Positions 19,419-28,372 of a DNA stretch of 57,671 bases are shown piece by piece. The stretch lies in NCBI GenBank assembly GCA_949284575.1, contig CASDWO010000026.1, positions 1 to 57,671 of the forward strand. The letters run 5' to 3'. This stretch comes from an uncultured bacterium (GTDB taxonomy: Bacteria > Bacillota_I > Bacilli_A > RF39 > UBA660). Under the pieces are notes generated by a model. That model worked only from the letters and a program-made list of their open reading frames with translations. It ran no database searches and had not been told where the DNA came from. The stretch's first letter is position 1, and every line of letters begins with the position of its first letter. The translations under genes were made by a program, and so were the position numbers.

Positions 19419-19434
19419 TTGGAGGTGTATTTTT

Positions 19435-21165
19435 GTGAAAAAGTTAAAACATTTTAAAATATTTTGGGATTATATTAAAGATGATAAGTTAAAGCTTGTT
19501 CTTTATATTATCTTAGTTGCTTTATCTTATTTACCTGCTTTAATATCTGTATATTTTTGGGGTGTTGCTGTTGAGGCATTGACTCTTAAAGATATAAATT
19601 CATTTGTCTTTTATCTAGCAATGTATGAAGGTATTTACATTATTTTCTACACTTTTTTACAGATACCAAGAGACGCTTTATATACATATTTTGAGATTAA
19701 GTTTACAAAAAATGTGAGTAAAGACCTATATAAAAAGATAGATAAGTTACCTGCCATTGCTTTTGAGGAGATAGGAGTAGGAGAGTTTATTAACCGGTTA
19801 TATACTGATCCTGATAGAGTAATGGAATTATTATCTAAGATGGTTAGACTTATTTGTAAAGCAGTAGTTGTAATTATAGTTATAGTTATTGCGATTAGAA
19901 TATCTTTTGTCTTATTTATAGAAATTATGTTACTTGCTGTTATTATGGGATTTATTTCAATGAAGTTTTTTCCTAGGATTAAGAAAAGCCAAGAAAATAT
20001 TAAAAAAGAAAGTGATTCTTATGTAAAAGTGGCGACAGAAAATATTACAGGGATTAGAGAGATTAAGTCACTTGGTATTACTAGAATAATAGAGAGTAAT
20101 ATTTCTAAAGTTATAGATAAACTTTATAGTCATACTGCTAAAGTTAGAAAGTATGAAAGATGGTATTATGGCTTTAATAATTTAGCTTATTTCTTAATAC
20201 AGTTTTTAATTCTTTTTACAACTGGTAAGTGTTATTTAGATGGTGTTATTAGTCTTTCTCTTTTCTTAATGATGGAGTCTTATATATGGAGAATTGATGA
20301 AGTAGTTGAGAGTATTAGTGATTTTGGAGTTAGTTTTAATAAAGTAACTGTATCTTTAAAAAGAATAGGGGAATTATTAAATAATGATTTATATAAAGAT
20401 GAAGTATATGGTTCTAAAGAGTTAGAGGATACTAAAGGTGTTATTAAATTTAATAACGTTAAGTTTAAATATAAAGAGGATGAAGATTATACTTTAAATG
20501 GTCTTAATTTAGAGATTGTTCCTAATAAAAAGATTGCTATTGTAGGACGTAGTGGTAATGGTAAGAGTACAATATTTAACTTGTTACTTAGATATTTTGA
20601 TGCAAGTAAAGGTTTTATTACTATAGATGGTATTAATATTAAAGATTTAACTGAAGAGTCTTTAAGAGGTAATATTTCTATTATTAGACAGAGTCCTTTT
20701 CTATTTAATTTGTCAATACTTGATAATTTTAGATTAGTTAGGGAAGATGTTAGTTTAGAAGAAGTGAGGGAGTATTGTAAAAGAGCTTATATAGATGATT
20801 ATATTATGAGTTTACCTAAAGGATATGATACCGTAATTGGAGAAGGTGGTATTAACTTATCTGGTGGACAAAAACAAAGACTTGCTATTGCTAGAACACT
20901 TCTTTTAAATACTAAGATAATCCTTTTTGATGAAGCGACTAGTGCACTTGACAATGAGTCTCAAGAATATATTAAGAAGACTATTGATGATTTAGTTAAA
21001 GATCATACTGTAATCATAGTTGCGCATAGATTATCTACTATTGTAGATGCTGATACTATTCATATAATAGAGAAAGGTAAATTAGTTGGTAGTGGTACGC
21101 ATAGAGAATTGTTAGAAAGTTGTAAGCAATATCAAAACTTGTATACTGCAGAATCTAATTCGTAA
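19435..21165 (+). CDS. ABC exporter, fused permease/ATP-binding protein (type I exporter half-transporter)
   Basis: Six-TM N-terminal domain. NBD has Walker A GRSGNGKST, LSGGQKQR, Walker B ILFDEATSALD and H-loop AHRL. Confidence 0.9.
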   Translation: MKKLKHFKIFWDYIKDDKLKLVLYIILVALSYLPALISVYFWGVAVEALTLKDINSFVFYLAMYEGIYIIFYTFLQIPRDALYTYFEIKFTKNVSKDLYKKIDKLPAIAFEEIGVGEFINRLYTDPDRVMELLSKMVRLICKAVVVIIVIVIAIRISFVLFIEIMLLAVIMGFISMKFFPRIKKSQENIKKESDSYVKVATENITGIREIKSLGITRIIESNISKVIDKLYSHTAKVRKYERWYYGFNNLAYFLIQFLILFTTGKCYLDGVISLSLFLMMESYIWRIDEVVESISDFGVSFNKVTVSLKRIGELLNNDLYKDEVYGSKELEDTKGVIKFNNVKFKYKEDEDYTLNGLNLEIVPNKKIAIVGRSGNGKSTIFNLLLRYFDASKGFITIDGINIKDLTEESLRGNISIIRQSPFLFNLSILDNFRLVREDVSLEEVREYCKRAYIDDYIMSLPKGYDTVIGEGGINLSGGQKQRLAIARTLLLNTKIILFDEATSALDNESQEYIKKTIDDLVKDHTVIIVAHRLSTIVDADTIHIIEKGKLVGSGTHRELLESCKQYQNLYTAESNS

Positions 21166-21225
21166 ATTATAATATTTTGCTTATAAAAATACTTTAATTT
21201 TAGGAGAATTTTTAGTAATATATAT

Positions 21226-22167
21226 GTGAATTTTGATGTGTTAAAAGAAAGGACTAAAAATATGGAAGAAGAGATAATTAGAGAGTTATTAGAGACAAAA
21301 GATTTTAATAAAGTTGTGGATAAAAACAATTTATATAAGTATCAACTTTTGGATTTTATGAGGGATGGTATTTATAATTATAAATCTCCTTTAGAAACGC
21401 AAGAAAAAGAAATTTTAAAAGAAATTTATCGAGATAAAGGGTGTATGCTTAAAGTTAAAGATGATGCAGTTGTGTTTATCTCTGATACTCATTATGATTA
21501 TTCTTCTTTGGATAGAAAGAAGACGAATAGATGGGATTTTCTTTATTATGTTTTAAATTTTTGTAGATATAATAAAATCCGTTATTTAATTCATGGAGGA
21601 GATATAGGTGATGGTACAATTGAGGTGAATGGAGTAAAGCAACCTATAAATTTTGATGTGGGTAGTTATGAAAATGCAAGAGAACAAGTAGATAATATTA
21701 TAAGTGATTATCCAAGTAATCCTTTTGTTCATCAATCAGTATTAGGTGGTAATCATGATGAGAGATATTTAGATTATGAAATAGATATATTAAAAGAACT
21801 AGCAGATAAGAAAAATATTTATCCTTTAGGATATCTTCATGCATTTATATCAGTTGATGGGGTTTATATTTCTTTGGAGCATGAAAATCATCCTTATCAT
21901 ATAGAGTATAGAAATTTAATTTCTCATAGTTTAACTATACATGGTCATTCTCATATAGCATCATTTCAAGATAATGATGTTTATATTCCTGCACTAGGTG
22001 GTTTTTTGAATCATAAAGGTGAAGAAGGAGGAGAGCCTGGGTTTATAGTTATGTATCCTAGTAAAGAAAGTGATTCAGTACATTTAGAATTTGAACATCA
22101 TTACTTAAAAGATGGGTGTTTTGTAAAAAAACCAGAACCATATGTTTATAAACTAAAAAGAAAGTAG
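21226..22167 (+). CDS. metallophosphoesterase (calcineurin-like) family protein
   Basis: SDTHYD, HGGDIGDG and GNHDE motifs, with HGHSH near the C-terminus. The start codon is uncertain (GTG 21226 or ATG 21253). Confidence 0.75.
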   Translation: MNFDVLKERTKNMEEEIIRELLETKDFNKVVDKNNLYKYQLLDFMRDGIYNYKSPLETQEKEILKEIYRDKGCMLKVKDDAVVFISDTHYDYSSLDRKKTNRWDFLYYVLNFCRYNKIRYLIHGGDIGDGTIEVNGVKQPINFDVGSYENAREQVDNIISDYPSNPFVHQSVLGGNHDERYLDYEIDILKELADKKNIYPLGYLHAFISVDGVYISLEHENHPYHIEYRNLISHSLTIHGHSHIASFQDNDVYIPALGGFLNHKGEEGGEPGFIVMYPSKESDSVHLEFEHHYLKDGCFVKKPEPYVYKLKRK

Positions 22168-22177
22168 TTTATAATTA

Positions 22178-22216
22178 GAAAAGGACTATTGTTCATGAAA
22201 TTAATAGTCCTTTTTT
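22178..22216. terminator. bidirectional terminator between convergent genes
   Basis: Stem aaaggactatt/aatagtccttt with A/T runs on both sides. It overlaps the stop of the minus-strand gene. Confidence 0.7.
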
Positions 22217-22533
22217 ACTGTTTCTAAAAATAATCTCTTTTGAAATCCTCCGTTTGTTTGTCTTTTTATATCTGCTTGTTTTATAACATCTTCTAATGTA
22301 AAATCTTGATACTCAGCCATTGCTCTAATAAGTTCTAGTTTATCCCCTAGTTCTTTTAATATTTCATCTTTACTTTCTGCATTTTTTACTTCCTCTAATT
22401 CTTCTGTATCCTTTTTTAATAAAGCATCCCAGTATTCTTCATCATTTAAAGTATGATAGATTGGTTTTTCACCATTGGCTTTAATAATATTTGGAATATT
22501 ATCACGTACTAATTTATTATATTTATTTTTCAT
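22201..22533 (-). CDS. MazG-like nucleotide pyrophosphohydrolase (phosphoribosyl-ATP pyrophosphohydrolase-like small family)
   Basis: 110 aa. The N-terminal YNKLVRDNIPNII motif and the EELEE / ELxDxLE acidic helices are typical of this family. Confidence 0.7.
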   Translation of the reverse strand: MKNKYNKLVRDNIPNIIKANGEKPIYHTLNDEEYWDALLKKDTEELEEVKNAESKDEILKELGDKLELIRAMAEYQDFTLEDVIKQADIKRQTNGGFQKRLFLETVKKDY

Positions 22534-22607
22534 AGTTTTTCTCCTTAGTAATTAAATTATAACAGATAATTAAAAGAAAAAGTAGATATTTTGTTATCTA
22601 CTTTTAA

Positions 22608-23573
22608 CTATAGTTTGTTATGTAATTTTAATATTTCTATTAGCATTTTATCACGATATTCGGCAAGTGATTCATCATCATTACCTATTTCTTTAGGTCT
22701 ATTTTTTAAGGCTTCTTCTACACCTTTTCTTGCAATACTAGCGAATTCTTCAGGAAAGTCTTTAAAATCTGCCATATCGTGTAACCATAAACTAATAGAT
22801 GGGTTTAGGTGTTTTATAAGACCATCTATGTGACCTTTACCACCACCTAATTCAAAGACTAGACTAGGTCCCATAATAGCCCATCTTAATCCTGGACCAT
22901 AAGTAACGGCTTTATCAGCATCTTCTATGGTACATACACCATTCATTACTAGGCTACATACTTCTCTATAAACAGCCATTTGAATACGATTACAGATAAA
23001 TCCTAAAGCTTCTTTTTGTAATACTACAGGTTCTTTACCAATTAATTGGAAAAATTCTTTAGCAGTGTTTAAAACTTCATCAGTTGTATAATCTCCTTTA
23101 GTAAGTTCTACTAATGGTATTAGATGTGGTGGATTATAAGGATGTGCTCCTATGAATCTTTCTTTGTGTTTAGCATCTTTTGCTATTTCTGTAATTAGTA
23201 GTCCTGATGTAGATGATGAGATGATTGTGTCTTCTTTTGTATATTTTTCCATTTCTTCAACCATTTTTCTTTTAATATCATAATTTTCAGGACCAGATTC
23301 AGTAATAAATTCTACATCTTTTACTGCTTCTTCCATAGATGTAGTATAATTAATCCTACTTTCAATTTCGTTAATTTCTTCTTCTGTTACAACATTATTT
23401 TTCTTTAAGTTGAGTAGGCTTTCATGAATTCTTTCTTTTGCAAGATTTAAAGCTTCATCAGTTATATCATAAACATTTACTGATAGTTTTTTTAGAGAAT
23501 AATATAAAGCCCAACTATAACCAATTACACCTGCACCAACACAGGCAACTTTCTTAATATCTTTTGCTTCCAT
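22608..23573 (-). CDS. 3-hydroxyacyl-CoA dehydrogenase family protein, L-carnitine dehydrogenase-like
   Basis: Rossmann motif VGAGVIG. By recall it is collinear with 321-aa L-carnitine dehydrogenases (E(S)xPE..D.K, SSSTSGLL, HPxNPPxLxPLVE, GFIxNR, GPGLRW, AEYRD). Confidence 0.7.
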   Translation of the reverse strand: MEAKDIKKVACVGAGVIGYSWALYYSLKKLSVNVYDITDEALNLAKERIHESLLNLKKNNVVTEEEINEIESRINYTTSMEEAVKDVEFITESGPENYDIKRKMVEEMEKYTKEDTIISSSTSGLLITEIAKDAKHKERFIGAHPYNPPHLIPLVELTKGDYTTDEVLNTAKEFFQLIGKEPVVLQKEALGFICNRIQMAVYREVCSLVMNGVCTIEDADKAVTYGPGLRWAIMGPSLVFELGGGKGHIDGLIKHLNPSISLWLHDMADFKDFPEEFASIARKGVEEALKNRPKEIGNDDESLAEYRDKMLIEILKLHNKL

Positions 23574-23777
23574 ATTCTACCTCCATCTTAATTGTAGTTT
23601 TTTAGATGGAGAAATGCAAGTCAGTTGACATTATTTGATGTTAAGTTTTTGTAAATAACATTAATTATATTTTTATTATGCTAATTTGAAAAGATGTTTA
23701 GTCTATGATATAATTTTTTCATTGAAAACAGATTGGTACATAAATAGTTAAAGAAAAATCAGAGAGGATGAAAATAT

Positions 23778-24425
23778 ATGAATTTAATATCTTTATTACA
23801 AAATCGACAGGAAGTATTATCTTTTGAACCTTTAATATCATATTTACAAGAGATAGAAAGACTTAATCCGGAGATTATTTTTCAAAATAAGAAATCCTGC
23901 TATTTAAAAGATAATGAGCATTATTATAAGATTGAATATCGTTTATTAGATGGTCCTTTGTTAAGTGATATTGTTGAAATAGCTATTACTGATATAAATT
24001 TTTTCTCAGTAAGACATACTGCTTTTTCTATTACTAATCCTGATAATGATCTTGATATTCCTGATATGCCTGAAAAAAGTATAGATGATGAATTTTTAGT
24101 TCTTCGTGATAGTTCTTATAATGTTATAGACAGATTTTATTCTTATGAAAATAATAATATAGAAGTGTTATCTAGTAAAGTAATGGAATTATCACTTTCA
24201 GAAATGAAGGAGATTTTTAATCCTGATAATTTTTTAGACTGTGAATGTTTATTAATATTAGATAATGCTAAAAAGAATAATGATAAGATAACACAGCTTA
24301 GAATGATGATTGATGTAGGTGCTAGTGGTAATGCATTTTCCCGTTTAACATTTGGACCGTTAAGACATCGTTTTGTTCCTGAAACCTTAGAAGATAAAGC
24401 ATTTACATATACGTTAAAAAAGTAA
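23778..24425 (+). CDS. hypothetical protein
   Basis: 215 aa. RBS agagagga lies upstream. No recognised motif. Confidence 0.6.
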   Translation: MNLISLLQNRQEVLSFEPLISYLQEIERLNPEIIFQNKKSCYLKDNEHYYKIEYRLLDGPLLSDIVEIAITDINFFSVRHTAFSITNPDNDLDIPDMPEKSIDDEFLVLRDSSYNVIDRFYSYENNNIEVLSSKVMELSLSEMKEIFNPDNFLDCECLLILDNAKKNNDKITQLRMMIDVGASGNAFSRLTFGPLRHRFVPETLEDKAFTYTLKK

Positions 24426-24514
24426 GTTAGAGTTTGAAAATAAAAAAAACTTTCAATTATGTGTAAAGAAAGTTTTTTACTTTTTTAGTATTTTCACTTT
24501 GCTTAACTTGAATA

Positions 24515-25057
24515 TTAATGATATTCATCTGTTTCATAATAATATGAAGTTTCTATACCTTTAAAAATTGTAGTTAAACTTAAATCATCTGTTAGATTAT
24601 TTTCGATTAAAGTTTTAATTTCTAAAGTGTTAATTGGGCTTCGTTCCATTGCTTGTAAATATAATCTTTTATCAATTTTTTCCCAATTAACTATTTTATT
24701 TAAATTTTTCTTTAATATTAAATCTAACCAAATTCTTGTGCTTCTACCATTTCCTTCTAAAAAAGGATGAGCGATATTCATTTCTACATATTTATCAATT
24801 ATTTCATCTAGTGTAGATTCTTTCATTGTTTCTATTTTTTTTAAAATGTCTTCTAAATATAGAGTGTTGGCGAATCTAAAATTTCCTTTAGAAATGTTTT
24901 CTTTTCTGATGATACCTGCAAAATCATATAAGCCTTCAAATAGATATTTATGAATTTGTTGTAATCCTTTAACAGTACCAACTTCAATGTTGTTAATATC
25001 TCCACTTGAAAATAGTTTTTTAGCTTTTTCTAAACTTTTTTTATCAGTTTCACTCAT
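24515..25057 (-). CDS. Fic family protein (AMPylase-type)
   Basis: Fic motif [12 protein letters not shown]. The true start is MSETDKK (ATG 25057); the track ORF is artificially extended across the tRNA. The C-terminal SYYYET resembles the class III inhibitory motif [ST]xxxE[GN]. Confidence 0.85.
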   Translation of the reverse strand: MSETDKKSLEKAKKLFSSGDINNIEVGTVKGLQQIHKYLFEGLYDFAGIIRKENISKGNFRFANTLYLEDILKKIETMKESTLDEIIDKYVEMNIAHPFLEGNGRSTRIWLDLILKKNLNKIVNWEKIDKRLYLQAMERSPINTLEIKTLIENNLTDDLSLTTIFKGIETSYYYETDEYH

Positions 25058-25123
25058 TTGTATCACCTTCTTATATAAGAATATAAAAAAGACTCTTATG
25101 CCAAGAGTCTTTAAGTTTCTTAA

Positions 25124-25197
25124 TGGCAGGGGCGGAGAGAATCGAACTCCCATCAAAAGTTTTGGAGACTCCTATGCTACCATTATACCACGCCCCT
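25124..25197 (-). tRNA. trnW: tRNA-Trp (anticodon CCA)
   Basis: The reverse complement reads AGGGGCGTGGTATAATGGTAGCATAGGAGTCTCCAAAACTTTTGATGGGAGTTCGATTCTCTCCGCCCCTGCCA. It shows a 7-bp acceptor stem, a GTTCGATTC T-loop, anticodon loop CT-CCA-AA and an encoded CCA end. Terminator hairpin gactcttatgccaagagtc (25091-25109) lies downstream. Confidence 0.93.
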
Positions 25198-25268
25198 ATG
25201 GGTTCTTTTAAGAACACATTAATTATATCATAGTTTACTATGATTTGACAATATATTTTTGATTGCGT

Positions 25269-25700
25269 TTAATGCAGTGGAGGACATACATTTGGATCAG
25301 GGGCATAGAAACAATGATTTTTAAATCTTCCTGCTAAGGCTTGATCATACCAAGTACTAATACAGTTGTTATTTCTTCCAGGAGCATAGAACCATAAAGC
25401 ATTAGTAGCAGGGTAGTAATATTCTCCTTTTAAAGTTCTTTCTGCTAGTTCTCTTTCTTTAATAGTTGAACCTGATGTGAATTGGGGACTGTTAATACCT
25501 GCAAAACCTCCAGGATTTTGGTAAACCATTTGAGTAACAGTATTTATATTTCTAAAAGTGTAACAGTTAGCAAGGACTCTATTTACACCAACATTACCTA
25601 CCATAAGCATACCATATTCTCCTTCACCAACTGCTTCTGCTCGCATTAATCTTGCTAGTAAATCTAATTCTTTACTTGTATATTGAACTAATTGAGACAT
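25269..25700 (-). CDS. cell wall hydrolase, SleB/CwlJ family (spore cortex-lytic type)
   Basis: LLARLMRAEAVGEGEYGMLMVGNVGVNRV... is typical of the Hydrolase_2 (SleB C-terminal) domain. 143 aa, as for CwlJ. Confidence 0.8.
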   Translation of the reverse strand: MSQLVQYTSKELDLLARLMRAEAVGEGEYGMLMVGNVGVNRVLANCYTFRNINTVTQMVYQNPGGFAGINSPQFTSGSTIKERELAERTLKGEYYYPATNALWFYAPGRNNNCISTWYDQALAGRFKNHCFYAPDPNVCPPLH

Positions 25701-25791
25701 ATAATCACCTAATATACTTTATGTTTTTTATTATAAATTGTTCTACTAAGTAGTATAAAACTGTGATAAAATTAAAGGAGAGGTGGTACTT

Positions 25792-26835
25792 ATGAAAAAG
25801 AAGAGGAAAAGAATAATTACATTTATTATATTTATAATTTTACTATTAGCTTTAGCAGGAGGAGCTTACTATTATTTTATTTATCTTGGTAATGATATTC
25901 CTTTAGTAGAAAAAAAAGAAGAGTTAAATGTTTATGATGTTAATAGTAATAAACGTCCTATTGCTGTTATGATAGATAATAATGTAGAAAATGATGAACA
26001 AGTTGGTTTACAAGATGCTTATTTAACTTATGAAATAATAGTAGAGGGTGGTCTAACTCGAATGATGGCTATTTATAAAGATGTTGATACAAGTGTTATT
26101 GGACCAGTTCGTAGTAGTAGACATTACTTTTTAGATTATGCTCTTGAAAATGATGCAATATATGCTCATTATGGATGGAGTACTTATGCAGAGAATGATA
26201 TAAAGGCTCTTTCTGTTGATAATATTAATGGACTTTATGATGATGCCTTTTATCGTGATAGTAGTATTGCTACTCCTCATAATGTTTTTACTAGTATTGA
26301 TAATTTATATTTAAAAGCAGAAGAGTTAGGTTACGATACTACATCTAGTGATTATGAAAATTTAAATTATGTTAGTAAAAAGGTAGATTTGGAGAAAACT
26401 GATAATTCATTAAACTGTGATGGGGAGAATTGTAGTTTAGAAGATAGAAGTTTAACTAGTATTGATATTCCTTATTCAAATAGTGAAGTTAGAAGTTATA
26501 CTTATGATAGTGATAATGGTTATTATCTTCGTTATATGAATGGTATTCCTCATACTGATAGAGATAGTGGAGAGCAATATCATTATAAAAATATAATTAT
26601 TATGAAAGTAGATAATAGTACTCTTGATGATTATGATAGACAAGATTTGGATACAGTAGGAAGTGGGGAAGGTTATTATATTACTAATGGTTATATGATG
26701 CCTATTACTTGGGAGAAAGATTCAAGAAGTGGTAAGACTTATTATTCTTATAGTAATGGTGATGAAATAAAGGTGAGTGATGGTAATACTTTTATTCAAG
26801 TGATGCCTAGTAGTAGAGATGTAGTTGTTAATTAA
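25792..26835 (+). CDS. DUF3048 (YerB-like) domain protein, paralogue 1
   Basis: ATG 25792 follows aaaggagaggtgg. N-terminal TM/signal anchor. Contains RPIAVMIDNN...GLQDAYLTYEIIVEGGLTRMMAIYKD. Confidence 0.8.
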   Translation: MKKKRKRIITFIIFIILLLALAGGAYYYFIYLGNDIPLVEKKEELNVYDVNSNKRPIAVMIDNNVENDEQVGLQDAYLTYEIIVEGGLTRMMAIYKDVDTSVIGPVRSSRHYFLDYALENDAIYAHYGWSTYAENDIKALSVDNINGLYDDAFYRDSSIATPHNVFTSIDNLYLKAEELGYDTTSSDYENLNYVSKKVDLEKTDNSLNCDGENCSLEDRSLTSIDIPYSNSEVRSYTYDSDNGYYLRYMNGIPHTDRDSGEQYHYKNIIIMKVDNSTLDDYDRQDLDTVGSGEGYYITNGYMMPITWEKDSRSGKTYYSYSNGDEIKVSDGNTFIQVMPSSRDVVVN

Positions 26836-26852
26836 TATGGAGGTTTTAAATT

Positions 26853-27074
26853 ATGGGAATGGCAGATAAAATGAAAGAAAAAGCTTTGCCTGGTACTAGT
26901 GTTGTAAGGTCAAGTAAAGTTGTAAAAATCATTGATAAAGCAGATGCGTTTGAATTGAATAATGCAAATGAAGTTATTGCCTTACAAAATAGAAGAGAAG
27001 ATATTGCTAGTACAGAAACATTTAAAGGATATAAATCTGTTGAAAGTCCTTATGTTAAGAGACTTGTAAGATGA
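26853..27074 (+). CDS. hypothetical small protein
   Basis: 73 aa. RBS atggagg lies upstream. It sits between the two DUF3048 paralogues. Confidence 0.5.
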   Translation: MGMADKMKEKALPGTSVVRSSKVVKIIDKADAFELNNANEVIALQNRREDIASTETFKGYKSVESPYVKRLVR

Positions 27075-27082
27075 TAATAAAA

Positions 27083-27119
27083 GACTATCTATGAATGAAT
27101 ATAGATAGTCACTTTTTTT
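27083..27119 (+). terminator. intrinsic terminator
   Basis: Stem gactatcta/tagatagtc followed by T7. Confidence 0.8.
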
Positions 27120-27287
27120 ATTCCCATTTTCTTTATTGGTAGGGAACACCGCTTTTTAATTATGTCTATAATGTATCATATTTTTCATTGCTTTGTAAAT
27201 AGTATATTTTTTGTCAAGTTTTGGAAACTTTTCCTTTAAAGTTTAATTATTATTTAAACTGTGCTAAAATTTAGTTGGGTGGTAGTC

Positions 27288-28364
27288 GTGAGAAAGCCAA
27301 AATCTTTAGGTGAAGTTAGGATTAAACCTAACCATAATAAAAAGAAAATAATTATAATTAGTGTTATTAGTGTAGCATTACTTTTAATATTAATAGGTCT
27401 CTTTTATTTTTTGTTGTCTATGAATGATAGTAAATCTAATAAAAAAGAGAACGTGAAAATAGATGATGTTAGTACTGTTCCTAAAAAGGATTTAACTGTT
27501 TACGATGTTAATAGTAATAAAAGACCTATTGCCGTTATGATTGATAATAATGTTGGTAATAATGCTCATGTAGGATTACAAGATGCTTATTTAACTTATG
27601 AAATAATTGTAGAAGGTGGATTAACTCGTATAATGGCTATTTTTAAAGATGTTAATACTAGTGTTATTGGTCCTGTTAGAAGTAGTAGACATTATTTTTT
27701 AGATTATGCTTTAGAAAGTGATGCTATTTATGCTCATTATGGATGGAGTACTTTTGCACAAAATGATATTAGAGTTTTAGGTGTTAATAATATAAATGGT
27801 CTTTATGATAATGGTTATTATCGTAATTATAATATTGCAGCACCTCATAATGTTTTTACAAGTATAGAAGATTTATATAACGTTGCTACTAGTAAAGGTT
27901 ATAGTACTACTAGTGATAATTATAGTCTTTTGAATTATACTACTGATGATATTGCTTTTAATGATACAAGTGATCTTTTGACTGCAAATAATATTAGTAT
28001 GACATATTCTTATAGCGAGGTTAGAAGTTATACTTATGATTCTACTAATAGATATTATTTACGTTATATGAATAATAGTCCGCATATTGATAGAGATAGC
28101 GGGGAAGGGTATCATTATAAAAATATAATTATTATGAAAGTTAATAATAGTACTCTTGATAGTTATGGTAGACAAGCTTTAGATACTGTAGGTAGTGGGG
28201 AAGGATATTACATTACTAATGGTTATGCTATACCTATTACTTGGAGTAAAGATTCTAGAAGTGGTAAGACTCATTATTATTATGGTGGTAATGAGTTAGT
28301 TGTTAGTGATGGTAATACGATGATACAAGTAGTACCTGTTAATAGTAGTATTACAATTAGTTAG
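27288..28364 (+). CDS. DUF3048 (YerB-like) domain protein, paralogue 2
   Basis: The central ~130 aa are nearly identical to paralogue 1. Probable GTG start at 27288 after gttgggtgg (the track gives 27261). Confidence 0.8.
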   Translation: MRKPKSLGEVRIKPNHNKKKIIIISVISVALLLILIGLFYFLLSMNDSKSNKKENVKIDDVSTVPKKDLTVYDVNSNKRPIAVMIDNNVGNNAHVGLQDAYLTYEIIVEGGLTRIMAIFKDVNTSVIGPVRSSRHYFLDYALESDAIYAHYGWSTFAQNDIRVLGVNNINGLYDNGYYRNYNIAAPHNVFTSIEDLYNVATSKGYSTTSDNYSLLNYTTDDIAFNDTSDLLTANNISMTYSYSEVRSYTYDSTNRYYLRYMNNSPHIDRDSGEGYHYKNIIIMKVNNSTLDSYGRQALDTVGSGEGYYITNGYAIPITWSKDSRSGKTHYYYGGNELVVSDGNTMIQVVPVNSSITIS

Positions 28365-28372
28365 GGGGATTT

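Noticed and set aside
22170-25197. tRNA-Trp-associated genomic island with att direct repeats
   Set aside because: Scanning intergenic regions on the 3' side of the tRNA by eye, I found no repeat of the tRNA 3' end (ggcggagagaatcgaac), and there is no integrase. This needs a computational repeat search to be sure.
24987-25211. 74-aa plus-strand ORF, and the 33-codon N-terminal extension of the Fic ORF (25058-25156)
   Set aside because: Both read through the tRNA-Trp gene and its terminator. The Fic protein has a clean internal Met (MSETDKK).
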